DNA of 62,958 bases, the filler included, from Dugesia japonica (Eukaryota), in assembly GCA_001938525.1 (NCBI GenBank). It is 6 parts of 6 records of this genome, joined end to end, with 100 filler letters (N's around TTAATTAATTAA, not from the genome) between each part and the next. Parts side by side here need not be neighbours in the genome. Positions count along the whole stretch, not along the records: positions 50,463 to 62,958 come from MQRL01637813.1; 5 more parts are not named here. The stretch is one strand, 5' to 3'. How positions within the stretch are numbered: position 1 is the first letter of the stretch; every line of letters begins with the position of its first letter. Under the pieces are notes generated by a model. That model had not been told where the DNA came from. It worked only from the letters and a program-made list of their open reading frames with translations, and searched no databases. Below, piece after piece: positions 50,831 through 62,958 of this stretch. A program made the position numbers and the translations under genes.

Positions 50831-53800
50831 TTGAAGAAATACTGTGACACTTGTCTGTACTCTTAGTACACTATAATTATTTATTTTTTTCTGATATCCC
50901 ATACGTTGTGCCCATACTGTAGAGTCAGCTAATGACGTCATTATTTAATACTTGGGGTCTTTGTTGTTTTATGTTAGTAAACAAAAACAAAATTTTGAAA
51001 AAATTTAAAACCCTCCTTCATATATTCCTGGCTACGCTACTGGCTTACAGATATATTTGAAATTATACATATTGATTTCTGTGGACCGTTTAAAACCGCT
51101 AGAAATAGTAAAAAATATATATTAGCTACTATAGATCAATTTAGTTGTTTAATGTAGGGGCTTTGGTCCATAATTTGAACTGATACAAAATAATGGTTCA
51201 AAATTTCTTTTTTTCCAAAGTTCATTTAAACAGTCTAGAAAAGAGATCTTTAATAATCATCATAAATTAATTACATTACAAAATAGAAAAATTATATCGA
51301 ATGGTATCAAAATATGAATATTTAAACAAATTGTACGTCAACATAAAACAAAACCATTAAAAAAATGTATTTTTGTACCAACCTAATAAAAACTTATCTA
51401 ACTTGCATTTTGTTTGGAAAAGTATGCCCAATAAAAATTTCTCTGGTTATCAATTAATAAGAGTTTTACCCAAAGGATGTAATTTAGTTTAAGAAATCCT
51501 AATTTTCGCGGTGTTTAAAATTAAATCAATAATTAACCAATTTAAAAATTTCAATAAATCGCTTTATAACAAATCTTTTACTTGTAAATGTCTCCAACAG
51601 TTCGGAATAGCTTTAACTGGATACCAATAATCAATGTTCATATCATTAAAGTTCGTATAAGTAAATGGTAACTTAATATTAAAACATGTTGAATTTGTCA
51701 AAATAGTACTGAGATTCTGACATTGATTAACAGATTCAAAACAATGCTCCCTAAAGAAAATTATTCTTTTTTGTACCACTCATGTGAAACACTAACTTAT
51801 TTGAAGAATAACTACTAAGAATAGAATAATTATGAGCTTGACAGTAAACTTCGTGGTAATATGAAACGATCCAAATCCCAAATAAAAATATCATACTAGC
51901 TGTAATAACTCTAATAAGAGTTGAATGAAGTGTAATAAGGTTACCAAAGCTTTTATATTTTGGTACAATATAATTTAGAAAAAATATTTCTGTGATAAAT
52001 TATCATAAAATAAATTTGAATGCTCCGTTATTTTTTTTTTNNNNNNNNNNNNNNNNNNNNNNNNNNNNNNNNTGTCAGTAGATGCAACCAAAATTAAACA
52101 TTAGATTTTAAAGTAAAAAACACATTTTAAATTTATTTACATAAAATCCACAATTAAAAATTAAATTGCAAACAACATCCATTGGTTAAAATTTACTACA
52201 GATTTTACAGATAATTTTGCAAACACATTAAGCTAGAAAATTAAAGTTAAAAATTCATGAATCTCAACAAATCAACACAATAGGTTTTTACTTACAATAA
52301 TCTCGACATGGTATATACAAAATCAAAAAAATTACATTTAAAACATGCAAATGTCCAACTTTAATATAATACAGACAAATTATGTCCTGCATTTAAAATT
52401 GCATACTAATCGAAATAACCTTCTACAATAAATTTTAAATAAATGCATAAATACTGAATGAAAAAAAACTGATGTACATCAACGAGAAAACAAATTATCA
52501 GAATCAGTTGATAAAATCATTGTAGAAATTTGGCGTAAAAGCAAATGAGGTCCATAAAACAACGTTTTTAATGGTTGTTATCTTTACATCATGTATCCTA
52601 AATTTAAAATAAATTAATTTTAATTAAAAAATAATGTCAAAACTATGTAATCAAAACTAACAGTAATCGAAAGCGTAAAAGAAATTACTCATACTTAAAT
52701 CGTTTAAAGTTTATTTATTCAATCTGAATAAAATAACTCCATAATATAATCAATACAACTGGTGAAAGTGTTGCTTTACTGTCAACTAAGATGAGTCATA
52801 AATGTCATATTCGGCTGTCTATTGTTTTTCAAAAGACACATAGAATNNNNNNNNNNNNNNNNNAAAATTTCATTTTCAGGCATAAATTAAATTTATAAAC
52901 TTTTATCAATAAACGAGGAGATTGGAAGAAAAATACGATTTTTAAATCACTTTTGAAATTACTTTTAAAAAATAAATTATTTTGAATATTAAATTTTACT
53001 ATTAATATTCTAATTTTAAACCGTAACATTAAAAATAATATAAATTATTTCTTAATTGGCAGATATGACTAATTATTTACATACAGACTTAACTTATTAT
53101 TTCATTTCAATATATTAATATACTTTTAGAAATTTGAAAAACGAATTAATACCATAAAATAAAAATCCAAAATAAAAACTTTTTAATAAGTTTTTTTGTC
53201 ATATTTTACAAACATACTTTTTAAATATGGATTTTTATATTTTAATTAATAGCACAAAATAATATGCATTTTAGTACATTTAATATAGCTACAAAAAATT
53301 TAAGTTATTCAAAATTAGTTCGAAATATGATTTTTACAAAAAATCACAAAAAATTTTTATTTATTTCAATTTTAAAATAGAAAAATTTGTTATTCAGGAT
53401 ATGAAATATAAAAATTAACAGTGATTTCTCTCGTTAGATATTGAAAATTTTTATTAATAATTTAATATGGTAAATTTAATGTATCGAAATATTCAGTGAA
53501 TTTTTGTGAGCTATTCGGTAACTAAAAAAACAAAACGCAATAAATATTTACTATTCTCTAAAAATTCCTAATTTTTTATTTTTTGAATGCTGCTAAACTT
53601 GTTTTAGAAGAGGAAATTTTTAAAATCGATTTCAACTTGCTTAAATATTTATAATTAAATTTGAGAAAAGTCGTAAATTAAATTTATATTTTTAGTCATC
53701 AGATATGCTTTAAATAAACCTAAATTTTTGTTATTTGGATAAAACCAAATCGTTGGTAATTTTGAAAATTTTCTCAGCTAATTAAAAATTAAATGTTTTA

Positions 53801-56800
53801 TTTATTTAAATTTTAGATAAAACACAGATAATCCTTTGAAACTTATGAATATTTTCTAAATAATTTAAAACAAAAAAAATAAAATTTCGTTATTAAAATT
53901 ATGAAAACATCCTTTTAATTGGGTTTAGAAATTAAAAGTGATATGATTCAACTTAATACAAATTTAAATTAATACGCTTTTTATATGCTGAATATCTAAA
54001 ATCATGTTTACATTATTTGAAAATATAAGTAAAATCATATTTGTAAAGTTTTTCTTGCGTAAGTTTATTTGTTTGCTTCATTTAATTCAATTTAAAAAAG
54101 AACTTCAAATCAAAACTTTATTAAAACACAAATTCTTCTTCTAGAAAATTCTTCTTGCTTCTGAACGTTTCTTCCCAAAATTGCCTTATGCAATTTATGT
54201 TATATATATTTAAATAAAATTATTAAAAATTATTATTGTTAAATTATTTAAATTATATAAAATATAAAATTATTTTAATATAAAACAATTCAAATTTTAA
54301 AAATAATTTTTCAAATTTTCAATTAAATTTATAATTACATTGTAGAAACTTTCAATTATAAATTTATATAAAAAGTTTTACATTACGTATTTATATCTAA
54401 AATTCTTTCAATTAATTCAAAAAATTTAAACTACAAATTTCAACAATAAAATTTTAAATTTATATTTTACATTTTAAAACAATTAAAAATTTACGCTTTT
54501 AAAAATACTTAATAGAAACAATAATCGATACTGAAACGAATTAATATTCTAAAAATCCAATCGTAACAAAAATTTACTAAAAATTTCATTTTAAACTATT
54601 ACTGTTAATGTGACTCTCAAAGTTAAATATTCAATAAAATAAATAGAAAGTAATAAAAGAAAATTTAGTTTCCGGTTGTTATTTCCCATTATCACAAATT
54701 AAATAATTTAAGAAAAAAATTTATAACTTAATCTACTTACAAATCTAATGTTTACCTTCAAATAAAACCGGAATTATTTATTATTAAAGTTAGTCAAATA
54801 GGATAAATTAAATAAACAATTTAAGTATGTTACCAAACTTACAAGTGTGATATATAATTATTGATTACATAAAAATTTACGTTGATATTATGTTTACGCA
54901 TTGTTTTAAAAGTTAACATTAAAGCGATGAGTAATTAGTAATTTTTTATATATTGTAGCTAATGATAATGCAATCCAAAATAACACTCAAAGTTTGATTA
55001 ATTGAAGTCCCGGAAGATAACAAATGGCTGGCAGAGAAAACATTAATATTGTGTGGATACTTGTTGACTTTTTAATTATTTAGGTCATCATTTATTGGAT
55101 AAATAGTTATGAGATCAGTTATACTAATTAATATGAAAANNNNNNNNNNNNNNNNNNNNNNNNNNNNNNNNNNNNNNNNNNNNNNNNNNNNNNNNNNNNN
55201 NNNNNNNNNNNNNNNNNNNNNNNNNNNNNNNNNNNNNNNNNNNNNNNNNNNNNNNNNNNNNNNNNNNNNNNNNNNNNNNNNNNNNNNNNNGAATAATGTA
55301 TTTCAATCCACTAATTTCTATTTTTCAGAAATAATCTTTGAATTCTTTGCTTCTAACTTATAATATTTGATAGTATTTAAAGCGTTCAAAGTAAATATAT
55401 AGATGTTTTAAAGTTAATTAAGAAAAAATAGGGCTAAATATTTATGAAACCGTAAAATAACTAAATGCAAACAAAACTCGTAAATAAATCGATTCTGAAT
55501 AAGCTATCAAAAGTATTTAAAATATCTTTATAAATTGATTTTTATACTTAAAAATCTTTAAAACTCTCGAAAATACTAAAATCGGGCATAATCTTTATTT
55601 TAAAAGTGTAATGATTTTTATTAGTCTATTTGAATTCAATATTTGCTTAAATATTTGGAGATAACCCATTTTAATTTGGATAGTTAAACCAAAATCAATT
55701 AAAAAGTAATAATTATAATATAATAATAATAATAATAATGCAAGTAATTTTAATGACAAAAGTTAATAATTTCAACAAATATATTGACACACCTTCTAAA
55801 TAGATTCAAGAGTATAATGAATGTTTGTTGACTTGTTACAAAATGAAATAATATAAATTCCTAATATAGGGTACAGTTATTATAATTACTTTATAATAAA
55901 AATAACAAAAAATATTACAAATTCTAAGATTGAAATAATTCTTAATACACTTAAAATTTGAAAAAAATTTGATTATACTTATAAATTTTAGCTGCATGAA
56001 TAATGTTGAATTTTGTAGCGTGTAAACTACTGAAGCACAAGTGGATTCTGCACACGAGCAACTATAAATCATGTCATATGTTAAAATATAGCCATTTATC
56101 TTTCCTTAAATGTAAGTTTGTGTTGTATTGATTGGGAGAAAAGAAAACTATCTCGTCATCTACATGAAAAAATTGAAAGGTGGTATTAATCTTAGACTAA
56201 TTTATCATCAGTGCATGTCTTACAAGTGACAAGCATATAAATGATGTGCCTAGTATAGTTGAATTTGTATAAATTTTCAAATATTTCAGATGAATACCTA
56301 ATTATTACAGATTGTTATATAAAAATATGCATATTGACTATAAAAAATTTCTAAAAATAATTTAATAATGTTTTAGCATAACTCATTAATTATCTTTATA
56401 TAATTTCAAACATAAAAATGTCATTTGTGCAATAAATTTTTCAGGTAGAATTTATTTCATTAGTAAAAAATAGTAGATTCCAATGATCAATGTAAAATGA
56501 TTAATTTTTTATTAATTATTTTGAAAGAAATAAACAGCGCATTTTAAACAAAATGTGCAAATCTTTTTGAAATTATATTCAATTTTATAAGTGTAAGAAA
56601 TTTTTTCAATTTAATTTAAATAATTTTATTTAATAGATTATTGTGTATTGTTTCAGTTTGTGGATTTTTAAAAAATACTATATAATAAAGTATATTTTTA
56701 AATAAAAAAAATAACATAATAAAGTGTATTTTTAAAGGGTTTTTTTTTTAAATTAGAGATACTTTCAAAATATCTTTTTATTATTAATGATACGATATTT

Positions 56801-57164
56801 TAAGGTATTAATTACGTTGTTTGAAAATTATGAATCAAGCCTTTTTTTCAATTTGTTATAACAAATAAATTTTTGCATGGAAAATTTTGAAATTGTTAAT
56901 TTCACTAGAAATAAGTACAAGTTTTTTTTATAATATTAATTTCACTCTAAAATTACATATGGAGTTACATATGATGTAGATTACAAGTGAGTAACCTTTT
57001 TTAAACCACAAATATTATTTCAACATATTAAGGGTTCACATTTTTAGTTCGATCACTTTGTATAGAAAAAGAAAAGTGGATAAAATACTTTTTTCACTCG
57101 TTAGCCATATTTGCCATTCTACCCTATTATAACATGATATAGAGTAATATTATATATGCATATA

Positions 57165-57340
57165 CACTCATCCCTCGCTTAACAAAGTTTTCATTTTACA
57201 GAAAACTTTTTTTGTCAAATAGATTGTGCAATTTAGACGTACACACAGTTGTGCGAATTTCTATCATTAATTTCGCGTTACACTGTTTCATTTAACACGA
57301 TGATCTAGCAGAATCTATCTTCCGTGTTAAGGGATGGGTG
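57165..57340. mobile_element. pogo/Tigger-like MITE
   Basis: CACTCATCCCTCGCTTAACA / TGTTAAGGGATGGGTG inverted ends, with TA on both sides. Confidence 0.7.
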
Positions 57341-58205
57341 TATATAACCTAAAACGATATATATTAAAGTATTTTAAAATTATTTCAATACATCAAATGG
57401 GTTATAATTTCAGAATTGTTGATATAGAAAGTTAAACAAAAAGACTTGATTTCAAGAAAATGAACATTTATTTCAAGATACATCATACACTACCATTGCA
57501 TTTATATAAAAATATTTTTTTTATAAAATATATGATAATAAACAATGAAAAAATCGTAAAGTTGAACTAATATGATCAATATTATTATTTTCAATAAAGG
57601 AATTATGTTTATCCTTCACCAAATTATCTAAATTTGGTTCATTATTTGTCAGTTACACAAACACATGATTCAGAATTATCATTAGTTAATGGACGTCCTA
57701 ATTCGTTTTTAACATAATTCGTTTGAGAAAAGATTTTTCGGCTTATATATAATATTAATATATTAAATACTGTTAAAATTGCCACTGTAATTACTATTAT
57801 GCCCATGTAATCGATCAATGATCAACTAAAAATTTCTCTCCATGATTAAATTTTAAACTAATTTGTACAAATATCTTTCGCAATCAAATTCTTGGGCGGT
57901 ATTCCCGTGGGTCAATCGTTAAGTTACCGAACTGAAGAGGATTTAAATGTAAATTTCATTAAAGTTTATAAATGATGTGAATAGAAATTTTTAATTTTTA
58001 TTTCCTCAGATTTTGAAATTAAATTAATTTATAAAATATTTTAAAATTACTTAACTATTTGACTTAAAACCAAACTTAATATTTATTTATATTATTTTAA
58101 TTTTATTATTGTATAATTCAATATATATATATTATCAAAGAATGATTAAGAAAATTCCTTGAAATTAATAGAATAAAACTCCATAGATTTTACTATAATA
58201 CTTAC

Positions 58206-58674
58206 CTAATTTCTGATTTTTAGAATCTCCCATTTGTTGTGATGGAGGTAGCAGATTTCCATTTTGCGCTTGAGCATTTAACATATTTTCAGGAACACTT
58301 GATAGTAACGGCTTTTGTAATTCTTGTGTACCAATTGTTTGTTGGGTTTGTTGTGGAAATTGGTATTGTAATGGAATAGCCTGCTTGTCATCACAGCCTT
58401 GAATTATCATCTTATTTGATGTTGCTCCAACAAAATGTCTTTGATAGTAACCATTATTTTTTTCCAACCAATCTGACCTTGTCCATGGTGAACCAGGTTC
58501 CAAACGACGAAATAATTTTGAAAAGAAATATTTCCATGAAAGTAAAGTTTTTCCACTCCATATCCAAATTCCACTTGTAATTCCAACAATTAAACTCATT
58601 AAATATTTAATCATAAAAAGTTCAAATTCTGGCTTTTGAGAAAACATTAAGGCATTTCCATTTGTACTAATTAG
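58206..58674 (-). CDS. fz: Frizzled receptor (Fz1/2/7-like) exon encoding TM7 and the cytoplasmic tail
   Basis: [33 protein letters not shown] contains TM7 and the KTxxxW Dishevelled-binding motif. In-frame acceptor CTTTAG ending at 58675, donor GTAAG at 58205 (or read-through to the stop at 58165). Other exons not found. Confidence 0.92.
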
Positions 58675-60469
58675 CTAAAGTATAATATGAATCACTTTAA
58701 TTTGAAAATGTAAAATATCTGTAAAATGTAAAATATATCGTATGACAAAAATCTGTATACAATTATCGTATTTTCATCAAAAATTTACTCATTTAAACAA
58801 TTACATTTACTCCTCTTCGCCACCCACTAGTAGAATTAACATAAAACCTATGACTCATAATGATTCACACTATGTATGATACCCAGTTGCAGAGGTTGAA
58901 AAAATATAAAAAANTTTATAGATAGCATCTTGATTTAAAATTAATTATTTTTATTACAATTACTAATCTAGATTTTTTATTTCTGTCAATAAATACATAA
59001 TTTTTAGAATTATTAATTTCATCGATTTATGAAAAGCAAGAATATTTAAATCAAAATTTTCCAAATACAATATTTTTTAAACGCAAAATTGAAATTTATT
59101 AAAATAAGATTTAAAATATTCTAGATAACACATATCCAGGATAGAATAGAAATATCAACTTTAGCACACATATTAACTATTTGTAATTGATCAAAAGTAA
59201 GTTATCAATAGTAATCAATATTACTGATATTTATAAAGTACTAAATATATTGGCACGTATAAAAAAATTTCTTATCAGTATCAATTGAAATTTTCTAAGT
59301 TTTTAGAAAAAATTATTTATTGATTAAACAGTAGAAAAAATCTTTCAATTTTAAAAAAGAAATTTCATTTTTTTAAAAATTTGACTCACTTCAAAATATT
59401 AAATCGATTAGCGGAAGGAAATTAGTCAATTTACTTTTAAAAAACTAAGAATTTGAAGTAAAAATTTTTTTTATTTATGATTCAATGTTTATGTACACTT
59501 TAAATTTTTGATAAATGAAATATATGGTTAAATTCAATAAAACACATGGCAATTTTGAAACTGATTTTAATAATTATTTAGTGTCCAACTTAAAATATAT
59601 TGTCAATAAGTATCTAATAAATAAATAACAAAGCATCTAACTACTTTAAAAATAAATTTCATATAATTTGTAAAATTCAAATTATCTGATATATGCGTAG
59701 TGAAACAAATGAGATAATAATTTCAGTTCAAAAAATACTACTGATCCAAGCACTATTTTTATTATTTTGTCTAACTGTATAACAAAATGAATCCTCCTAT
59801 TTCAAGGTTAAATAATTTAAGAAAACAATTAATTTTATATTTTACACGTCTCAATTAATTAACGTTTAAAATAAGGTAAAATATCTTAAATAATCACTAA
59901 TTATTTTAAAAACTTAATAAATTAAATTTTTAAAAGATAAAAATTCGAAAAAAACGAATAATAAATCATTTATTATAAATATTAATTTAGTAATTAGTAT
60001 TAATTTATCTAATATCAATAAATATCAATGAAAACTTAACATAAGCAACAATAAAAAAGGTTTATTAACTTTTTTTAAAATTATTTTTTTTTATAAATAT
60101 GATAGGAAAATTATCCGAAAACAATTTATTTTTAATATCAAAACCATTAATTTCACATTTATTTTTATTAGAAAATTCAATATTAACAATAAAATATCCT
60201 TCTCATAAAAATTATTTTAATAAATTTTTATTGGTTAATAATTTCTACAATTAATTCCTCTTCAATATTAAATATTTTCAAACTTGTTTTTTAAAAAATT
60301 TTTCTAAAAAATTTCTAAAATCAATTGGTTGTTTTTTTAATATTCTCTTTTTAAGAAATCTTAAAAGTTTTTCTACTTTTCTCCTTAATATTTTCACCTG
60401 TCGTGAATTTTCTCAATTATACGATATGGATTATCAAATATTTCTTGGTTTTTATTTCTTGTTTCTAGC

Positions 60470-62560
60470 TTGATGAGGACGTAATACCTTCCTTTGAATT
60501 GCCTATTAGTAGATACTTCCTAACTGTACTCTTTAGTTATCTATATAGCATCTGACTCGTGCTAATTTTCTCTGCTAATACTCTTTCCGTATACTATCTC
60601 AACCGAACTTTTCCCGGTCGTTTTTCACATTTTTTATTAATATTTCCACTGTCAGTTTCTACTAATGTCACAATGACTTATGTCATAATTTCCATTTATG
60701 TATTGTAGTGACTTTAATAGAAATTGTGACTTAACCCCCTTTCCTACTTTGTAACTTTCGTCGTAAATTATGTTTCAGATAATAGGTATTTTCGATCGCA
60801 ATCAATACTCTTGTCTTGATCTTTCCTTTCTTGGTATCTTCATGGGATATTTGACATTGCACACATACTTCACATAATGGTCTAGATAACATATCAACAT
60901 TTCCATGCTGAATTACTTTTCTATAAAGTAAGAACTTTATGATCAGTTCTAATCGTGAATCTTCTATTGTACAAGTAATGTTTGAAACGCATGCAGAAAT
61001 AATAAGCAACCAATAACTACTTTCGTGTGATGCAGTATACTTTTTCATGACTAGTCATTGAATGTGATTTATACTTGACATTTCTTTCTCTCCCTTCTTC
61101 ATCTCTCTGTGACAATACTGATCTATTTGTATTGAAACTAGCGTCCGTATCTAATATAAACTCTCTGTTTATGTCTGAAAAATACAATATTAGTGCAATC
61201 ATTAGGGCTTTCTTCAGATCCTCGAAAGTATCGTTGATTTCAGTTGTCAACTCTTACTTATTGTTGCTTGGTGCGCTACACAACTATTCTAAGATTCTTG
61301 ATTTTCTTGCGTAATTTTCTATAAATTTTTGGTAATACTTACAAATTGCTAAGTAACCTCATAATTTCTTGACGCAGTTAGGTTTTTGAAATGTTCTCAT
61401 TGCTTCTATTTTGGAAGGATTAGTTCTAAAACCATCCCTGCNNAGTATATGACCAGGAAATTTAATTTCACTTTGAAGAAACTAACACTTTTCCGAATTA
61501 ATTCTTATACCAGCTTTCATTATTTCCTTCAATACTCGGCCAATTACTTTACAGTGTTGATCTTTATTTTTCGTAAATATCAGAATGTCATCAAGATATA
61601 CCATGGCTCCATTAATTCTTTCCTGAAATGTACTTGGTGTCATTATGATGCCAAGTGGCATTTTATTCAAACAATANNNNNNNNNNNNNNNNNNNNNNNN
61701 NNNNNNNNNNNNNNNNNNNNNNNNNNNNNNNNNNNNNNNNNNNNNNNNNNNNNNNNNNNNNNNNNNNNNNNNNNNNNNNNNNNNNNNNNNNNNNNNNNNN
61801 NNNNNNNNNNNNNNNNNNNNNNNNNNNNNNNNNNNNNNNNNNNNNNNNNNNNNNNNNNNNNNNNNNNNNNNTAGGTTTGCCAAATGTTCTTATAGCTTCT
61901 ATTTTAGACGGATCAGTTCTAACACCCTCCCTGCTAATTATGTGTCTAAGAAACTTGATTTCGCTTTAAAGAAACTGGCACTATTCCGGATTAATTCTTA
62001 GACCAGCCTTCATTATTTCCATCAATACTCTTTCAATTATTTCATAGCGTTGATCTTTATTGTTCGTAAATATCAGGATGTCATCAAGATGATGACATCA
62101 AGGTTGGCTCTACTGATTCCGCCAACCACTTTTGCCAGTATTACCAAGCGACAAAAAGCATTTCCAGAAACATTTACCTGTTTCAGCTGGAATTGAATTA
62201 TTTCAACTAATGAAAATGAAGTATACTAGATCAGTGACCTTGAGAATTCAACCTTAAATTATTTCAGCCAATGAGAATGAAGTATACTAGATCACTGACC
62301 TTGAAAATTTGACCACTTTTTTCATCATCTCTTGAAATGTCCCTGGTGCCGCTGCGATGCCAAATGGCATTCTATTAAAACAATATTGTCCATGCTTCGT
62401 TGAAAACGCCGTTTTTTATTGAGATTCTTTTTCAAGCTTTACCTGATAGTACGCATTTCCCTAATCTTTTGAAATGAAATATTTGGCTCCATCTAACTTG
62501 TCCAGCATTTCTTTGACATTAGGCATCAGAAAGGCTTGTCATTTCGTTACTGTCTACAAT
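60470..62560 (-). mobile_element. Decayed Gypsy pol (RT, RNase H, start of integrase), probably intronic to frizzled
   Basis: TAFSTKHGQYCFNRMPFGI, VYLDDILIF, FILDTDAS, HGNVDMLSR..CEVCVQC. Internal duplication across the gap. Confidence 0.88.
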
Positions 62561-62958
62561 CCAACGGTCTGCTCAAATCAATTTTATTGGTTCTTTAAAT
62601 TTGTAATTTTCATTCTTGCTGATATTTATTTTAGAGAAATATTTTTATTGGTCGTTATGTAAAGGGTAGATTGTTCGTACATATGAAGTATTATTTAAAC
62701 AATTGTAAATTATCATAAATTTTGACAAAAGTCCTGATTTATGAAAAATATAAAAATGGAATATTTTTTAGAGATCCATTTTCGTAACTTTATACAATAC
62801 AAAAAAAAGTCCTGATGTTCGAAAAAATAGTGACGAGAATTACCTTTAGAAAACAGCATAAAACATGCAGACAAACATAGACTATTAATTTTGATTGATC
62901 ATACGACTATTGATTTTAATCGATTATTCTATTACATCTATATTCTACTGAACGTTAT

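Noticed and set aside
46936-62001. ORFs composed largely of X residues
   Set aside because: Artefacts of translating through N gaps.

Overview
Very AT-rich animal genomic DNA from a draft assembly. It contains a Frizzled exon and 46-49 nt GT-AG introns, so a planarian-like flatworm is plausible, but that is inference. Five artificial 100-nt linkers (44 N + TTAATTAATTAA + 44 N) split the window into six segments whose adjacency is unproven. Host genes are sparse: the C-terminal exons of a STE/MAP3K-like kinase, an FKBP-like fragment, an unknown spliced ORF and a Frizzled-1/2/7-like exon. The rest is transposon-rich, with Gypsy gag/pol/integrase remnants, long TGTTGGGGT...ACCCCAACA LTR-like elements, Tc1/mariner, hAT, a pogo-like MITE and an RLE-type non-LTR fragment. 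The dominant signal is a Polinton/Maverick (adintovirus-like) system. It comprises three protein-primed DNA polymerase B (pPolB) genes, one nearly intact and carrying three N-terminal zinc fingers, with a tandem-repeat array between it and the element terminus. It also includes decayed packaging-ATPase and adenain-protease genes, about ten distinct AGTAG-type termini, a complete 2.2-kb non-coding derivative with a 6-bp TSD, and a 240-bp mini-element inserted inside one pPolB. No capsid or Polinton-type integrase gene was recognised.
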